Below are positions 39,803 through 42,247 of a DNA stretch of 42,247 bases, in pieces. This DNA is from Cellulosispirillum alkaliphilum (lineage in GTDB: Bacteria > Fibrobacterota > Chitinivibrionia > Chitinivibrionales > Chitinispirillaceae): the NCBI RefSeq assembly GCF_029688955.1, contig NZ_JARUKZ010000038.1; one strand, 5' to 3'. The notes beneath the pieces are model-generated. The model saw nothing but the letters and a program-made list of their open reading frames with translations. It had not been told where the DNA came from and searched no databases. The translations under genes were made by a program, and so were the position numbers. Positions within the stretch are counted from its first letter, which is position 1. Every line of letters begins with the position of its first letter.

Positions 39803-39888
39803 TGGCGGAGGACGAGGGACTCGAACCCCCAAGACCGCAAGGTCGGCGGTTTTCAAGACCGCTGGATTACCAATTATCCTAGTCCTCC
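39803..39888 (-). tRNA. tRNA-Ser (anticodon UGA), class II with long variable arm, CCA encoded
   Basis: The reverse complement folds as: acceptor GGAGGAC/GTCCTCC, anticodon stem GCGGT/ACCGC with loop CUUGAAA (anticodon UGA), variable stem GACC/GGTC, T-loop TTCGAGT, discriminator G and CCA. Confidence 0.85.
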
Positions 39889-39979
39889 GTAAGCCAAAAA
39901 TTTCAAGAATTCCTAAAATAGTATATAGCAACACTGATTGCAATTTTTTAATAGAGTATAAATGATCAAAACCGCTCAA

Positions 39980-40885
39980 TTAAGCGGAACCAATTCTCCT
40001 CCGAGCGGCAACGACTCCCGAGAACAGAGCAAAGGAATCTGTAGCCGGCGCCCACTCTTTTGTGTTTCCCCCATGAAATGTAGAGAAGAAAATGCCACCA
40101 ATTTTCCCGGCTTCATTATCCACAGTTCGATAAACCAGATCCTGAAGCTCCAGTGCTTTAAGGCCATCGACCCATACCTTTAACTGGCCATTTTCGCACC
40201 CTGAGTCATTGACCTTCACATACTGCTCTACACAATGCCACCGGGCAGTTTTAAAAGAGGTGTTGAGATCGATATCAAAGCCCCACTGACGGTTAGTGTA
40301 TTTGCCGGGAGGAAGGTAAGCATACACCACTGCGTTTCCATTCCTGCGCCACATCAGCCTCATGCTCCATCCATTGGTTCCATCTGGCAGATCACCCCCA
40401 GCCCGTTTCCAGGATTGCCCTGCCCCAATCAGCCCGGGAAGCTTACCGCCCAGACAAAAATCGAAGCCCTTTTCAAAACAAAGGTAATATCGCAGATAAA
40501 GTGAATCAAAGGTGGTCTGTTTGATGGTGGGGATATTTCGAAAAGAAACCGGAAATTCGACTCCGCTCTCAAGTGGACCTACCCCCCCCCTGGGATAACT
40601 TACGCGCAGACACTTACCTGTGGCTCCTGGTGGCAAAACAGAAACAGCTTCAGCACCCTGAGCTCTCTTCATCCACTCTATACCCCACTTGTTTTTGAGG
40701 GCAGAGGGATTATCGTCAAACGGGTTGCGGCCGTTTTTAAAGCCGTTTAAGCTAAACACCTCTTCTGAGCTTTTACTGGCAGCCCCACCAATCCCAGGCT
40801 CAAGACTCACAGGTTCATTACTGAATTCCATAAGATTATTTCCACTTATATTGAGCGGGGTTCCACAGTTTCCCCCTAAATACAT
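39980..40885 (-). CDS. Polysaccharide-lyase-like protein (PF14099-like beta-jelly-roll), with no recognisable signal peptide
   Basis: 'YLRYYLCFEKGFDFCLGGKLPGLIGAG...GWSMRLMWRRNG' resembles alginate/heparin-lyase-like PL families. Confidence 0.5.
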   Translation of the reverse strand: MYLGGNCGTPLNISGNNLMEFSNEPVSLEPGIGGAASKSSEEVFSLNGFKNGRNPFDDNPSALKNKWGIEWMKRAQGAEAVSVLPPGATGKCLRVSYPRGGVGPLESGVEFPVSFRNIPTIKQTTFDSLYLRYYLCFEKGFDFCLGGKLPGLIGAGQSWKRAGGDLPDGTNGWSMRLMWRRNGNAVVYAYLPPGKYTNRQWGFDIDLNTSFKTARWHCVEQYVKVNDSGCENGQLKVWVDGLKALELQDLVYRTVDNEAGKIGGIFFSTFHGGNTKEWAPATDSFALFSGVVAARRRIGSA

Positions 40886-42247
40886 TCTTGAATCATCAAA
40901 AATATAAATGAACCGTGTACCTGAGTAATTAGTAAGGACTTCAACTGAAGATACAGGTCAGATAATTGTTATTTATGATTGGGTTGGGTTGGGGATTGAT
41001 GTTTCGGTTTAAAAGAAGCTATGAGCGTTGAACTGTGCCAGTTACATTAGAAGAGCGAAAAAGGATTTTTATGGGGCTAAAGGCGATAGATTGGGTCACC
41101 CCCGGGCGTCAATGGTGAAAGCGTGAAAAGATCCGTTTGGGGGGACCCTTGAGCTATAATCTCGGGAGGAGGGGGGATTTTGAATAAGTCCTTTGTTTCT
41201 TCCATTAAGATGATACAGCGCTCCAAAACCCAGGCCATCCACTCCACCCCTCAAGCAAGCTCTGAACAGGGCGGTTTCTGTTAAAAGCCTTGGGCAATCG
41301 CCCCGGGAAAACAACACGGTAGACCAATGAGCCCTGAAGGGACGACCTCTATGAAAATGTGGGGTTTGGAATTTGGAATGCAGATTTTTTGGGGCTAAAG
41401 GCCTCATTTATAGTCAGAGAGGGTTGGCATCAAAGAATCTTACGCTCTTAGAGTCGCTTGTATGAAGTTCCAAACAACATCTCCTGAATATATCCCCGCA
41501 GAACCCCGCATAGAAGAGCCCATCTGAAGGTTATAATCATCACATTTGCTGTTTAAAGGTATGAAAATGGAGTACGATGGATGCAAAAGTGCAGCGATCA
41601 GGTCTGTTTTATGGTGGCGCACCATACAGATCAGGTATAAACCATATGCTTTAATGGTGGGATCATACTGTACTACGGATGCAGACGCAATGTTTCGTCT
41701 GGTAACTCTAATAGCACCCAATTGCTAATTTCTCCGGCGTGGTATGAGAACAGGCTTATACCGGTTTGGCTTTATACCAGTTTTCTGGGTACGGTGTACT
41801 GTTTTCATCATACAACGTGGTGTTCTCAGTAAGCACTACCAAGAATTTTCAGGTGGCAATGGGCTGTTCGCAACTACCAAAGTGTGGCATGTAGAGTGCA
41901 ATAGTGCTGTTTTTGTGTTGAAATACCCCTGTTTTCCTTTCAATGGCACACTATAAACAGGGAAACTATGACACCATTCACCCCATTCTTACACTACCAA
42001 CAGAAGAGTTGTGGCTTAAAACAGGCGTAGATGAACCATAGTACCGTTATTTTGGGAAGAGGACCGTAAATTTTGGCGTATTGAGTCGGATTTTGGTGAT
42101 TTTAGGCAATAGCAGGCTGGTTTCGCCCAACTTTGGGAGGCGAAAAAGGGTAAAAAGTGGTAAGACAGGCTTGTCGCTTAGGCAGATTGGTTCGGTTCAG
42201 GGGCTCGTTTTATCCCTAAAACAACTCTCCTTTTTGTGCTTCTGCGA

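Noticed and set aside
39803-39888. Possibility that the class II tRNA is tRNA-Sec
   Set aside because: The anticodon loop CUUGAAA gives anticodon UGA, which reads UCA (Ser), not UCA-anticodon Sec. The acceptor stem is 7 bp with discriminator G, as in tRNA-Ser.
41096-41721. ORFs of 103 aa and 93 aa in the downstream tail
   Set aside because: Low-complexity, Arg/Pro-rich translations of a GC-rich block, with no motifs. The region is treated as non-coding.

Overview
This is a 42.2-kb chromosomal segment from an AT-rich bacterium (about 42-43% GC by eye). TGA is used as a stop codon. Many genes lack a strong Shine-Dalgarno sequence, though some have AGGAG. Two secreted glycoside-hydrolase-type proteins end in T9SS-like C-terminal sorting domains and carry Listeria/Bacteroides-type (InlB B-repeat) modules. 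That points to an FCB-superphylum organism (Fibrobacteres, Bacteroidetes, Ignavibacteria-like), but I cannot confirm it without searches.

In order along the window:
- A radical SAM protein with a partial SPASM (twitch-type) auxiliary domain at 176-1225. It is preceded by an ORF tail or small peptide that runs off the window start.
- A SUI1/YciH factor, a PNPOx-family protein, a cupin-AraC regulator and a flavodoxin-ferredoxin fusion.
- A probably split outer-membrane lipoprotein and a hotdog-thioesterase remnant.
- An AraR-like regulator (two GntR-type wHTH domains plus a LacI-type sugar-binding domain) facing a clan GH-A glycoside hydrolase.
- A non-coding 193-bp tandem repeat array of about 4 copies at 9.4-10.2 kb, with internal hairpins.
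- A SEC-C motif protein.
- An 809-aa lipoprotein with five Ig-like repeats and a C-terminal FGE-sulfatase (SUMF1-type) domain.
- A 750-aa multidomain glycanase: catalytic domain, two near-identical 82-aa B-repeats, an acidic linker, a CBM4/9-like module and a T9SS CTD.
- GrpB, a 634-aa DUF4914-like protein with an HPr-kinase-type P-loop, two tandem DUF2294 paralogs and OsmC.
- A beta-barrel protein, a SAM methyltransferase, a Cys-rich secreted protein and an alpha/beta hydrolase.
- A PEGA/TM protein and HtrA protease operon.
- A second radical-SAM/SPASM gene that is clearly pseudogenised.
- A membrane-anchored AraC regulator whose periplasmic domain is paralogous to the adjacent secreted protein.
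- DUF3820.
- A five-gene operon: YtrA-type GntR, SPFH, MMPL/RND transporter, LolA-like protein and an outer-membrane barrel.
- tRNA-Ser(UGA) with a bidirectional terminator, and a polysaccharide-lyase-like gene.
- A 1.3-kb ORF-free tail that includes a GC-rich, repeat-flanked island.

No transposase, integrase, CRISPR array or rRNA was seen.
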